DNA of 64,000 nucleotides from Octopus vulgaris (GCA_951406725.2 OX597824.1:63488001-63552000); one strand, 5' to 3'. Counted from the stretch's first letter, positions 14,546 to 28,650 are shown. Notes: generated by a model not told the origin, from the sequence alone. Numbers and translations: made by a program.

Positions 14546-14686
14546 CCAAGATAATATTTGTTTTTGATAGATTTTCGTGTTTCGTCTGATTGTATGATTT
14601 TTGTGTATGTTAGTGTACTGTTTGTTGGTTTGATGAAATCGCTGTGAGTGACGTCTGTGTATCATTAATGTTTTTTTTGTTCGTGT

Positions 14687-14720
<34 letters not shown>

Positions 14721-15659
14721 GCAACAACGAGAACTCGTCGGAATAATAGCGGGCCATAACTAAAGTCTGATATAGATCGTACATTTGCAGAAACCAGTTA
14801 TATATAACATTTACACCCACTTACACGATCATATATTTCACATGTGCTATATGTATCAGTGTACATGTGTGTGTGATTGTTTGTGTGTGTGTGTGTGTGT
14901 GTGTATGCGTGGACGTGTGTTTGTATATGTGTGTGCGCGTGCGTGCGTATTCTGCGAATATGAGTATTGGTGCGCACGTGCGTGATGTTCGTATAATTGT
15001 TTATTTTTCTTTATAGTGGAGAACGTATATTGTGTCGTAGAACGTTTTTCTATATTTGTGAGATCACAGGAACTATCATTTACAGCGTGAGTATTGTATC
15101 TACAGTAATATATCTCAGAAATGTCAGTTCTTTAGTTGACTGAACAACATTGCCTGGTGTTTAACAACTGAATTTACATATTGGTATAACGTTTATCGAA
15201 AAGCTTCTTGTATTTGTTTCGTACGATGTCATGGAAGAGAATGAATTTATGTAACGGAATTTAACGGAAAATGACAAACAGAAGAACACTCTGTAACGAT
15301 TTCCCATTTCCTGTGCAGTAATCAACAAAATATCTCCACAGGTACATTCACTAGTGATCTATTTCCATTTCTTTTGCTATTGTATGCGTGTGTGTGTGTG
15401 TCTAGTTGTATATATACGCATGTACGTGTACATACACACACACACACATGCACACATATATATATAATTCATTCACCTACATATATAGAGAGAGTGAAAG
15501 AGAGAGAGAGATGTATGTGTATACATATATATGCATATATTTACACACACAAATGGATATACAATAGATATACAAACAGACGAACAGATAGGTCAACAGG
15601 CAGGCAGACAGGCAGACAGGCTGGCAGACCGAAAGACAGACAGGCAGACAGGCTGACAG

Positions 15660-15937
<278 letters not shown>

Positions 15938-16734
15938 AATTTTATTCTTTATTTCGACTTAAGTATGTATTTTGATACAGATTTCGACTAAATTATAATA
16001 CGTGATTATCTAATGTGTTGTTTTGTCAACCATATCAAATTATACATCACACTTCTGAGTTAAACTGTTATTAAGATATGTATGTCTAAATAGAAACTGA
16101 TCATCTGAAGGTATACGCAATGCAGTCGAAATATTTTCTACAGAATGGGTATAACAAAGTGAAAATAACGAAAGTTTAAACCGTCTAAGAATATGCATTT
16201 GCCAGTTGGAAGCACAAACGCATTCATTTTGAGGTAAAGTTTTGACGTGGGTTGCTGTGTGATAAATGAGTAGACTTTTCTCCAGTTTATTGACAACGAC
16301 CGGATATTGCATGTATGCAAATAAGCGGAGTAAATCAGCATCGCAAACTCGTCCAATTTTTCTGTTTATTTATAAGATGCAGTTTGTGAACAATAACTTC
16401 GCCTGTTGCAGGTCGCCAACTGGCCAATCACTGGTTCATTGCATTCCTTGATGGCAACAACTGACAAAGTCATGTCTGTATAATTCGGTCAATATAAATA
16501 CCGAGGGGATATTTTTGTTACAAAAGAACAAGTTTATCAGTCTGGCTTTTTTTCGTCCATGTTTACCCATTCTGCAAATACATATGTTGCAGTGCACATA
16601 CTGAAACCAATACACGTAGATGCATGGTTACATATATATATGTATATATTTATATATATAAGTATGATATATATATATATATGTATGATTGTATATGCAT
16701 ATATATACATACATATATATCATACACACCGACG

Positions 16735-16765
<31 letters not shown>

Positions 16766-16899
16766 ACATAAGTGAGTTTATGTAAGATATATGTATATAC
16801 ATACATTTTATATGCTTAAACATGGCGTCGAAGTCAGTCTCCTTGACATAAGGGAGCTATTCATTTAGACATGCAATACATGCCACCTCCTTAAACCTT

Positions 16900-18400
16900 T
16901 GCCATTAATTCAAATCTGGTACAGAAAATTTCTTATCTTTAGATAAATACTGAAGAAGCGCCTTTTTTAAGAAAAGTTCTCAGTAATAATAAAGTAGTAA
17001 ATGTAAACTGATAAAAACATGTCGGTTACCACCACATCTGCTCTGGCAAGACAGGAAACTTGGGTCGGTTATCACTGGTCACGGAACCATGAAGTAGGGT
17101 TCCAGTGAACATTTGAATTTAATCAAAAATTGTGTCAGTTCTACAAAAAGTATAAAATACATCACTGAATCGGGCATGTGGAATAGTGGAACAACGTACA
17201 GCGATGTAAATTACTCCAGTTTCTGAGATTTACGTGTTAAATAGTTACCCTACTGCAAGTCACGTTCTATAAGAAGATATATGGTGCTCAACACATCAAA
17301 ATCTTACACCAGAAATGCACAGCATATATGTGCGCCAGCAGCCCAATAGAGAATTCCCTCGAGCATATCGCAGGCATAGGAAAGATGAGCACAGTAAAGA
17401 CCATAGCACTGAGATAGAACTATTGCCACTACACAGACATATACTAGCTATTTGTAAACCAATAGAAATGATTACAAAACGATTGTGTTTGGAGACATAG
17501 AATATTTTAAAATATTTTTTAAAAAAGCTGACGCCGTTTTACCAATCAACGACCAAGTTTATAAAACACATTTAATAAAATTAATAACTTAAAAAAGGAA
17601 CATGAGGTGGTTTATAAATTCCAGAACAATAAAAGAAGTAAGCAATAACTAGTATATTTATTCTTAATAAATTCTGACAGAGAAAAATTTTCCCATTTTC
17701 GATGTATATGTAAGCATAACGAACTAACTTCATTTTACAAGGGATTTTGTGACAGCTGGAATTTCGATATCGTTGTTTTGTCTGCTAAGAGCAACTGCGG
17801 ACCACTCAATCGAACAAGAGCGGATATTCTTTATAAATTCAGGGAGTAAAATCGTTTCGTGATACGTACTGATATATGCCAACAGATAATGATACCTCTA
17901 AACCTTTCCATTCAAAAGGAAACATCAATTGTTGTATGTCAGAGTACAAGATAACTCACACATCAGCAGCTGTCCAAAAGGTGTCCCCGTTTCAGTCCCT
18001 TCCCACGACGTATGGCGCCGTTACTAAAAGCCCTTTTGAATGCTATCCACAGGCAGGTTTGCTTTGATGGTCTCATCAAAGGCATACCAGGAACACAATA
18101 GAATTGCACCTTTAATAATAAGGAATACTTGTCGAACGTTCCAATAAACAGAAAACAGCGACAGCGACAGATACAGATATAATAAGATCTATGTGAAAAC
18201 TTCATCTAAAATTTCAGAAAAGAAAATATCTGTGGTGAGACTGAAAAATTCGCAGTTCTCATATCTCGAGCTTTTAGACTTTCCCCCATACTTACTATCA
18301 TACATACACTGGGAATGTAACAAATGATTTGCATAAAAACCTAATAAATACCGGTGTATTTTTGGGAAAAGAAACGGAAGAATTTGCATTTTCCAAATAT
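16900..18400 (+). mobile_element. Possible very old Penelope-like element remnant
   Basis: Only scattered motif ghosts in the expected order: TDKNMSV (DKG-like, ~17010), FPIFDVYV (LPFLDV-like, ~17690) and a YIG-like segment near 18170; no continuous ORF. Confidence 0.3.
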
Positions 18401-18639
18401 ATTAGGTTATAGTACACCGACAACTGGGAAACCATAACAAGGATACTGATTTACGGGAAGATTTAGATACATGCATGTGTATATGGCATAAAAACATAAC
18501 CATAAATGGTAATGAAACACACAGACACACACGCACACGCACACACACACACGGACACGCACACACTCACACACGGGGTATTGAATCAACTGAAAAATGT
18601 ACTTTCAATGGAAAATCAATCAACTCATTCACAGATCCC

Positions 18640-18890
18640 ACAAACAACTTTGACTCAAACAAAAAGCCTTATCTTTTTGCTAGTGGGTAGTGACCGGTTT
18701 CAATTCTATATATATATACTTTCATAATATATGCATACATAAGCTATGAAATTTCGTTATTTCCACGCACCAATTTCTGCCCATAAAGCATTGGTTAAGT
18801 TGAAAACATTTGCTAAAAGTTCTGATGCCTTGCAGAGATATCGAACCACGAATAACGTTAGTGCAACGCGAATTCCTTTACCACACAGCC
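18640..18890 (-). mobile_element. SINE family A, degenerate
   Basis: CCAATTTC.GCCCATAAAGC.TTGGT and TTACCACACAGCCA modules. Confidence 0.55.
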
Positions 18891-20260
18891 ATTTATTGCG
18901 TACAAATTTACAACTAGCCTTTCGGCGGCCGTATAATGTAAAATTACTGCAAATCATCTGAAATATATAGCGATGTTATTAGACTGTCATATATATTTCA
19001 TCTTTGATGTATGTATCTGTGAGACATGTTTATTTTATCATCGGAAGAGAAAAGATACCAGAGCTATTTCGTGAACAATTATTGCTGCTACGTTCATTGA
19101 CTATCAAATATATTTAAAGTACTCACTACTTCGCACAGTTGGCATATTGATCTCTTTTCAAGTTCTATACCCGAAGGGGCTATTGAATGTTTTGTTATAT
19201 TTCCGTTCTGGTGCAATATAGCAAGAAATTGAACGAATAAATGATTTATTTTTCCCACTTCTTAGTAGAATTTGATCAATACAATCCTTTAGGCTGTTCG
19301 GTATATTTTAGTGATGTAATATATACAAATGAGAATTAGGTTGATTTCAGAGAAACGATATATTGTCTAAAAGATATTTAAAATCATAGACTATATAAAA
19401 AAAACAATACACAGAATTCAAACAAAGAAACTACTCTCTGGATATTGAATTTTCTAATGGTATAGCAGAAAAAAGCATTTATCAGCGTAATCACATTATA
19501 TTAGACATAAGTAATAATGGCTTCCAACATAGGATTCCTAAGAAAGGCTATTTATTCCGGGGAAGGGCAATAGACAATTATATCGACTCCAGTACATCAC
19601 TCATTCTTTATATTTATAACGGTGATATTATAAAGTCATCCTAGTTGAATATTTAATATGAAAATACAATTGGGCTCAACGATAGAATACTGAAAGACAT
19701 TTTATGTTCTGATTCTCCCATCTTTCACCATTTATAGAAAGTTATAACATCATCAGTAGCTTTGACTGAGGAGACACACACAATGATCGAAACAACAATG
19801 TGTTCCCAAGTTCCCAATTCTAGTGAATCTCTTTTGTTATTTAGAGACATCGTCTAAAGAGAAGAAATATTCTCCGATAACAAAGCAAACAGCGATTAGA
19901 TATTCACGTTTGAATCTGCCAGACATATTGAGAATAAATAGATACGCCAGCGTTTGGATTTTCACTCTTGTGTATGCACCCCATGAATTATTATAAGATA
20001 TTGTCTATATTTGAAAGCAAGTTTAAAATATAAACATTTTGGTTTAAAAGGTAAATGGAAAATAACCTCTTCAGTTAAAGTTTCGAGAGCGCTTGACGTG
20101 TTTAAAACCTGATTAACGTCAACATATTAGTTTATGTTGGTATATAGTATTACAAGAACACAATCTAGTTTGAGGAATATGCACAGATAATGTCACTGCA
20201 CAGCTTCTATATTCTTTTTAAATCAAAGATAATAGCTATGACTACTACTATAGCTACTAT

Positions 20261-20308
<48 letters not shown>

Positions 20309-20324
20309 CTCCACCATCATTACG

Positions 20325-20672
20325 TGGCAGTGAATTTCATGGCTTCTGATGTTAACTAATTGGAAATGTTAACATGTACATTTGTCTTGGTGTAAAAGAT
20401 TGGCTACAGCGAATATCTTGCTCAATACCGCTGATTTGCATGTCAGTTGCTTGACCTTAACCAGTTGAGTATGTTCCTTAGTAGATGACAATATGTGCTT
20501 CTCTGATCCCGAGCAGGAGTAGTGGTTGTGCATCATGGCCATGTGCTGAGAGGAATTGTTTGGAGTTTTAATAATTCACCTCTGGAAACATAGTGTTTCG
20601 TTCATCATCCTTAAACAACACAGGTACCTTTTCAGGGGGATAGGCTACTTGCCGTGAAAACAATTCTAACCG
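20325..20672 (+). mobile_element. Non-coding element X, 3'-truncated older copy
   Basis: CATGGCTTCTGATGTTAACT...CCAGTTGAG.ATGT.CCTTAGT...CACCTCTGGAAACAT is the reverse complement of part of 26495-27023. Confidence 0.85.
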
Positions 20673-21805
20673 TTTGTCTTCATGAGTTAACTAAGATGCG
20701 CACATATGTCTGATGCATCTGCCTGGTGTAATCAGACGTGTAATCATGTTGGCTATATCGGACTTTCTATATTGGTATAAAGTAGCCATTTTGGACGGAA
20801 TATCATCGTGACTCCTCCCATCTTCCATTCTTAGTTCTTTTTCAGCCTTCTTTAGCTTATATCCCACTTACTGTCTCTACACCTTGCCCAGCAAATTCAT
20901 CAGGCACTTTTCGGTAATAGGAAGTCATGAGTCACTTAACATTCAGGAGGGAAGTGGTTGCCCATACATGTCACCCAAATGCATTCGAACTGGGGCCTTT
21001 TCTCTTACGTGTCTCATGTCTTTTGCCGCACAAATATGACTGGTCACTGATCGTCTTAAGACAATATACAGTATCTACTGAAAACGAACCATTAACATCG
21101 TATCAGCTACTCCTGCCACTGTGGAAGAAATGATTACTTACACCGTCCTTTGAGCTGCAGCCGATGATGTGCCTGAAATAGTAAATTCTGGGACCTGTTT
21201 TTCTTCTAATTACTTGTAATGCTCTCCAACGCTTTACTATCGACGTTTGTAACAGATTGATTTTTTATTTCATCGATTCCAAAACGATAAAAGTCAAAGC
21301 TGGCCTCGGGGGATTAGAACTCAGAACATAAGGAATCGGAGTAAATAAAACAGAGCATTTTCCCATTAACTTTTAACAACGACGTACGATTGATTTGTTG
21401 TAGAAGCGTCAGTGAAAATGTCTTCTCGTGTTTACTTTCATTTCCTTATGTTCTGGAATGAAACGCCACCAAAGACAGTTTTCTCAGTTTTCCCCCTCAG
21501 CTCTGAATAAATGAATTGCTGTTTAACAATCATGGATGACTGAAGCGTTCACACAAATTCTCCAACATTTGTGAGAGTCTACACAAGGTAAAAATTACTG
21601 TCACCATCATTAACCTTACCTCGGTTCACGGACGTTGTGGATCGTATTAATAATTGCTTTCTCTAGCTGAACTAAGGTGTTACTTCAATTACTCCACCGT
21701 CATGTAATTTAATATGTACTTTTGAAGGTACTATATATATGGATGAAAAGCTATCGATCAGAGAGAAATATCGATCATTTCAAGCAAATAAGAAAATATA
21801 AAGAA

Positions 21806-21989
<184 letters not shown>

Positions 21990-22510
21990 GAGAGAGAGAG
22001 AAGTGTATGCCATCAAATTGACATTGGGGTAAAATATACGAAGCCCAGTATACCCATCATGACTACCCGTGTGATAAGGGTATACCAGGCACAAGCATCA
22101 TAACATATGTGCATGACATGGAGATCTCATATCAAGGTAAACAGCGCACCAACTTGCAAGGTGGGGCCCAGTTAGAATTTTCTTCTGGTGGAGTAGCCCA
22201 TCCCGCTCAAAAGGTCCAGGATAAGGATTGTTTAAGGATTTTGAACAAACCACCCATGTTTCCAAAGGGGAATTATTCAAACCTCTAAGAATTTCTTTCA
22301 ACGCACGGCTATAATGCTCCCCCACTACTTCTGCTGATGATCAGAGATGCACATATCGTCAGTCACTAAGGGACATGGTCAACTGGTAATGGTCACATAA
22401 TTAACAAGCAAATCTGTGGTATTGAGCAGAATATTTGCTGTAGTCCATCTTTTATACCAAGACATATCGAGCAGAATATTTCCTGTAGCCCATCTTTTAT
22501 ACCAAGACAT
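21990..22510 (-). mobile_element. Non-coding element X, 5'-truncated, flanked by TAA repeats
   Basis: Colinear with 26495-27023 and with the reverse complement of 58615-59031. Confidence 0.9.
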
Positions 22511-22518
22511 TATTATTA

Positions 22519-22550
<32 letters not shown>

Positions 22551-25264
22551 CTATGTTTGACTTTTGCTTTATGTCTGTACAAGTTGGCTCCAAGTCTCAC
22601 CCAGAGACCTCAAGAGACAACAGGTTGGAAGTTCTATGCCATATATTTGAGGGGTTTTTTTGGTGTTGTACTAGTGAATGTCTAATACATAAAAATTAAA
22701 ATTTTCAATAGATAAATAAATAAATAAATAAAAAAAGTTTGTTTTAAACCTTGGGATTACATAGAGAGTATTTTGCGTAGGATATGAGCAGTTCCCATGA
22801 GCACTATCTTTTGAATTTCTGCCATTTTGGGGTTTCCTGGTATCTGAGTTAGGTAGCAATCAGTCCCTTTCGCTATCATTCCCAGGGCACCCATGACAAC
22901 AGGTATTGTTTTAGTCTTCAGCTTCCACATTTTGCTGATTTCTATTTCAAGATCTTTATATTTGCTCAGTTTTTGGTAGGTCTTGACAGATACGTTTATA
23001 TCGATTGGGACAGTCATATCAATGAGGAGACATGTTCTTTGTCTGAAGTCTTTCAATATGATGTCTGGCCTATTTGCATCTATCTTCCTGTCAGTTTGAA
23101 TGGTGAAGTTCCAGAGGAGTGAGATGTAGTCATTTTCAAGCACTGGAGGTGGATTGTGTTCCCACCAGTTTTTTTCATGGGGCAAATCTAGGTTTTTGCA
23201 AATTACCCAGTGAATATAATGTGCAGCTCTATCATGCCTGTTGAAGTACTCTGTAGGCGCTAGAAGATTGCATTTGGAGACAACATGATCAATGGTTTCA
23301 TTTTGTTGTCGGCATACACGACATGTTGGGCTACTGCCGTGCTTTAATATGTTGGCCTGGTAGTTTCTTGTTGGTAGGCATTGATCTTGAGCTGCTATGA
23401 TAAACCCCTCTGTTCCAGATTTTAAGCCAGAGGCCATTAGCCATTGATGGGTCAGGGCTTTGTCAATATCTGCATTATTCGCTCTCTTTGGGTATTTGCC
23501 ATAGAGAGGTTTTTCTTGCCATTTATTATTCAGAATATCTAAGGCCGCAGTTTTGGCACGGGTTTTCATGCGCCTAGCTTTTTCTGTGCTTGTTTCTTGT
23601 ATGTCTATCTCTAACTCCGAAATTGGTTGTATTCGGAATTCACTTAGATATTCCTTTGCCTGTTTTGTGACTGAGTATGATGCTTTCTTGTTTTCATGTT
23701 TTGAGACAAGTTTTAACATCCAGTCCTCAGAGTTTTTCAGGTAGGAGTCTCCCTCTTTTCTTGGCAGATAAAGTCGTTCTGTATCTGCCTTAGGGTGGTG
23801 CATTCTATGCATTGTCAACAGTTTCCTTATTTTTCTGTCGAGCTGACATATTTCAGTAATTGACCACCAGTTAACGATATTGAAACTGTAAGTCACGACT
23901 GGTATGGCTAATGCATTGATCGCTTCGATCCTGTTTCTTGCATTCAGCTCTGTCTTGAGTATTGCTCTCACTCTTCGATAGCATTCTCTCCTGATCCTTT
24001 CCTTCATCTCTGAATGCCTTATTCCGTTCCCTTCAATTACCCCTAGGTACTTGTAGTTCTCCGCTAGGTCTAGTTCTTTTATGACATTCTGCTGGTCAAG
24101 GTTAACGTTAGATGTTTCTGTCATTTTTTCCTTTGATAAAGGTAGCTTTTGCACATTTATCGAGGCTGAATTGCATTCTGATGTCGTCACTGAATTGTTT
24201 GACTATCGCTAGTAAGCCCTTGAGTTGTTGGTCATTTTTGCAAAAAGCTTCAACTCATCCATGTAAATGAGATGATTTATATTTTTATCAAACATTTTAT
24301 ACCCGTACTGCGCGTCATTGAGCAGCTTTGGGAGAGGTATTAAGGATAAACAAAAGAGGAGTGGTGACAGTGAGTCACCTTGGAAAATGCCACACGAAAT
24401 TTTTACATCACCAGCATTTAAGGATTCATTGTCACTGTTCAGAGTTAGTGTAGTTCTCCATGATCTCATACTTACAGTCAAAAAGTTTCGCAGAGTAGGT
24501 GCTATCTTATACATTTCCAGGCATTTCCTAATCCAGCTATGTGGTAGGCTATCAAAAGCCTTTTTATAGTCTATCCAGGCTATTGATAAGTTTTTGTGTC
24601 GTTTGTGACAATCTTCTAAGATCATCTTATTGATGAGTAGTTGGTCTTTACAGCCGTAGGATCCACGTTTACATCCTTTCTGTTCATAAGGGAATATGCT
24701 GCTGTCTGTTAAAAAACTATAGGTATATTCCGTCAGGACAGATGTTAGCGTTTTGTACATAGTTGTTAAGCAGGTTATGGGTCTATAGTTTTTTGGTTCC
24801 TTTGTTTCTTCACTTTTTGGAAGCAGGAATGTTAACCCGTTAACTAGCCAAGGAGGCATCCTACTAGGGTGTTTCAAAACATCATTGTACAGTTCTGTTA
24901 GCAGTTCATGGCTCTCTGGGAAGGCATTCAGCCAGAAGTTAGGAATTTTATCCTTTCCTGGAGACTTCCATTTGCTTGACCTCCTGAGAGCAGATCTTAT
25001 ATCTTCTACCTTGACACCCTCCCACTTTTGCTCTTCTAAGGGGTCCAGTTCTGTAGATATTCCGTCAATCCAGGGGGCCTTTTCGTTGTGTGTTTTTTCT
25101 TCTGCCCAGATTTTATTCCAAAACCCCTGCACTTCTTTTGATGGTACAGACCTTGCAGTAAACGCTGTTTTTCCTATCTTCCTCTAAAAATTCTTGGTGT
25201 TAATTTTGATTATCGCTGTTTTTCCTATCTTCCTGTAAAAATTCTTGGGGTTATTTTTGATTAT
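22551..25264 (-). mobile_element. R4/Dong-type non-LTR retrotransposon, family A; 5'-truncated and frameshifted (RT, CCHC knuckle, RLE endonuclease)
   Basis: ORF 24209-25132: KSPGKD, NYRPITCL, DYKKAFDS, GIFQGDSLSPLLF, YMDE (catalytic YMDD altered). ORF 22757-24190: CRVC-x8-H-x4-C, RHD, RPDIIL...LIDMTVP...KLSKY, PVVMGALG. (TAA)n on both sides. Confidence 0.95.
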
Positions 25265-25349
25265 TATTATTATTATTATTAAATTTTTTTTTCAAACCAA
25301 GTAGATTCCCAATGTAGGTTATACAAAAATCAAAAGAGAGAAGTGTTAT

Positions 25350-25940
25350 TCGTACAGCAAGTAAATGTAGCATGCTACCACAGAAAAAGAAAATACAAGG
25401 AAAGACATGACAACCTAGGGAGAGTAATCCACTAGGAGATATATAAAAAGATAGGATTTGAACATTCTGGTAAATGGTATGAACATGAACCTCGTAATAT
25501 ACTAGAAAGTAAGAAATATAAGATGTGGGACTTTATCATTCAGGCTGTAGAGTAATAGAAGCTAGATGGTCTGATTTGGTAGAAGTAGATAAAGAGAATA
25601 GAGAGTGCCAGATAATTGACATCAATCCCAAATGATGAGGAAGTCAATTTGAGAGCCTTAAAGAAAATAGCCAAGTACAAACATCAAGCCATTGTGTTAC
25701 AGAAACTATGGAAAGTGCGGGTAAAATGTATCCTTGTACATATATGTGCATTAGGAACTATCCATAAAGATCTGAACAGATGGACAGAGGAAGTAGGCAT
25801 AAAACCCAGTGTAGTACAGCTCCAGAAAACAGCGTTATTAGGATACTTAGGAGGGTTCTTGCCATTAACGGTTACTTGTAGCCCGATGTTAGGAAATTTT
25901 ATTTTCCAATAGTCTAACCTATTCAGCGTATATCAAATAA
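25350..25940 (+). mobile_element. R4/Dong-type 3' fragment, family D, degenerate
   Basis: YKERHDNLGRVIH*, KWYEHEP, WDFIIQ, IPNDEEV...KIAKY, ALGTI, LQKTALLG. Confidence 0.85.
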
Positions 25941-25954
25941 AATAACAATATTAC

Positions 25955-25959
25955 AACTG

Positions 25960-26007
<48 letters not shown>

Positions 26008-26165
26008 TTAATACTACTACTACTACTACTATTACTACTACTACTACTACTACAACTTTTACTATTACTACCATCACCACCACCACCACTACTACTACTA
26101 CAACAAAAACTACTACTAATAATAATAATTATTATTATAGTTATTATTATTATTATTATCATCAT

Positions 26166-26220
<55 letters not shown>
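25955..26220. repeat. (CTA)n...(TTA)n...(TAG)n compound microsatellite with partly inverted arms
   Basis: Directly visible. Confidence 0.9.
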
Positions 26221-26221
<1 letters not shown>

Positions 26222-26224
26222 AGT

Positions 26225-26430
26225 CAGCGAGCTGACAGAATAGCACGCTGGGCGAAATGTTTAGCAGTATTTTGCCCGTCGCTACGTTCTGAGTTAAAAT
26301 GCCGCCGAGGTAGCATTTACCTTTCATCCGTTCGGGGTCGATAAATTAAGTACCAGTTGAGTACTGGGGTCGATATAATAGATTATCTCCCTCCACCAAT
26401 TTCAGGCTTTGTGCTTATAAAAGAAAGGAT
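26225..26430 (+). mobile_element. SINE family B copy with tail ...TTGTGCTTATAAAAGAAAGG(ATT)n
   Basis: Family B head and body. Confidence 0.9.
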
Positions 26431-26494
26431 TATTATTATTATTATTATTATTATTAGTAGTAGTAGTAGTATTAGTATTATTATTATTATTATT

Positions 26495-27023
26495 AGTGAG
26501 TGAGTGAGTGAGAGAGCAGTGCATGGCATCAATGTGATACTGGGTAAATATACGAAGCCCAGTATACCCATCGTGACTACAATCTGATAATGGTACACCA
26601 GGCACATGCATCACATCAATATGTGCGTGACATGGTGATCTTATCTTCAGATAAACAGCGCATGACCTCGTAGAATTTTCTTCAGGTCGAGTAGCCCATC
26701 CGTGAATAAGGGTTGTTTAAGGATGTTGAACTAAACACACATGTTTCCAGAGGTGTATTATCCAAACCCGAAAGAATTCCTCTCAACACATGGCTATGAT
26801 ACACCCTCACCACTTCTGATCAGAGATGCACATATCGTCAGTCAGTAAGGGACATGGTAAACTGGTTAACGTCACACTACTAACAAGCAACTCTGTGCTA
26901 TGGGGCAGAATATTTGCAGTAGCTCATCTTTTACACCAAGACAAAACGATATACATGATGACGCTTCCATTCAGTTAACATCAGAAGCCATCAAAGCCAC
27001 TGTCTGGTATTGCATCAAGGCAT
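26495..27023 (-). mobile_element. Non-coding element X, most complete copy, TAA repeats at both ends
   Basis: Sense strand runs (AAT)n-ATGCCTTGATGCAATACCAG...CACTGCTCTCTCACTC...-(AAT)n. Confidence 0.9.
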
Positions 27024-27043
27024 TTATTATTATTATTATTATT

Positions 27044-27730
27044 CAGTAGTTTTATTTTTATAGCGTGCTTTCACTTCACTACCGAGCGCAGCTCTGTGTG
27101 CCTTGGGTATGTGCTGTGATTTGTTGTGATGCTCTGATGGTTATTGTATGGAAAGTGTTCTGCGTAGGATGTGTGCAGTGCCTAGTAGTGCAATTTTCTG
27201 TATGTTATATGTGTTTGTAAGTCCTGGTGTTTTTGTTATGTATTTGTCTGAATATTTTTTTATCATGCCTAATGCACCTACTATGATAGGAATTGTTTCT
27301 GTTTTCAGGTTCCACATTCTAGTTACCTCTATTTCCAGGTCTTTGTATTTTGAGAGTTTCTCCATTTCTTTTAGAGACACGTTGTCATCAGCCGGTATTG
27401 ATACATCAATTAGAAAGCATTTTTTTCTTCATGGTCTCTGACAACTATATCTGGTCTGTTGGCCTTAATTTCTCTGTCTATGTGTATCGGCATATCCCAG
27501 AGTATGGTTGCTTTCTCGTTTTCTGTGACCTTTTCTGGTGTGTGCCTATACCATCTTTTTTCTGTTGTTATTCCATAATGTTGGCATAGCTTCCAATGTA
27601 TGTAGGTTCCAACTCTGTCATGTCTGTGAATATATTCCTTCTTAGCCAGGACTGGGCAGCTAGAGATAATATGATTTATTGTTTCTTGTCCATCTCCACA
27701 TATTCTGCAGTTACTTATAGTATTTCTTTT
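27044..27730 (-). mobile_element. R4/Dong-type 3' fragment, family B
   Basis: ORFs 27410-27733 (CRIC...HIISSC, RHD, RPDIVV) and 27141-27380 (KLSKYKDLEIE, PIIVGALG, LLGTAHILRR); 3' UTR then (TAA)n. Confidence 0.93.
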
Positions 27731-27745
27731 CATTTCTCATTCTTT

Positions 27746-27830
<85 letters not shown>

Positions 27831-27841
27831 CATTATTATTA

Positions 27842-27894
<53 letters not shown>

Positions 27895-27949
27895 GTTGTT
27901 ATTATCATCATCATCATCATCATCATCATTATCATCATTATTATTTATT

Positions 27950-28650
27950 GTCATTGCACAGCTTCTAACGCTGGAGATGTACTTCGGTGCCAGCTGCTCA
28001 GTACCAGTGAACTAAGGTAATGGCCCTTAGTTTTCGAGCATCATCTGGAGTATTGGAGAATTTCCAAGCAGCGTTATTTTCTGCAAGTGCTCCACATTTA
28101 TTGCAGCCCCTATTTGTTCCATGTACTTCTCAAGATTTTTACTCACTGTTCCCAGGGCTCCGACGATTATTAGTACTACTACCACCTTTTTCAGCGACCA
28201 CAACTGCTTAACCTCCCAAGCTAACCTGTCATATCTATCGACTTTTTTTTCTTCCTTCCTGATCGCATACCTTGTTGTCATATGGGCATGCTATATCTAT
28301 GATCCAGCATAGTTTGCTTTCTTTCTCAATTAATACTATGTCTGGCTTCCTATTCTCTATCTCACGGTCACATTGAATCATAAAATCTCACAAGATCTTT
28401 GCATTATCATTTTCTATGATGCTTTCGGGTTTATGTTCGTACCACTTTTTTGCTCTGTCAGTGTCCAATGGACAATCCTTGCTATTTTGTTATGATGTCT
28501 CATATTTCCGGGCTAGTGGCGTACATTGACTGCTAATATGCCATACGGTTTCATCCATTTTGTCCACACATTCTGCACTCATCACTTTCTGATATGTTGT
28601 CTATTCTGTTTTTGATGTAATTCGTTCTTAGTGCTTGCTCTTGGGCAGTA
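27950..28650 (-). mobile_element. R4/Dong-type 3' part, family C
   Basis: AQEQALRTNYIK, CRMC, KWYEHKP, RKPDIVLI, IIVGALGTV, LQKITLLG. Confidence 0.88.

Noticed and set aside
22757-25132. Active retrotransposon or domesticated gene
   Set aside because: 5'-truncated, frameshifted, has internal deletions and YMDE in place of YMDD
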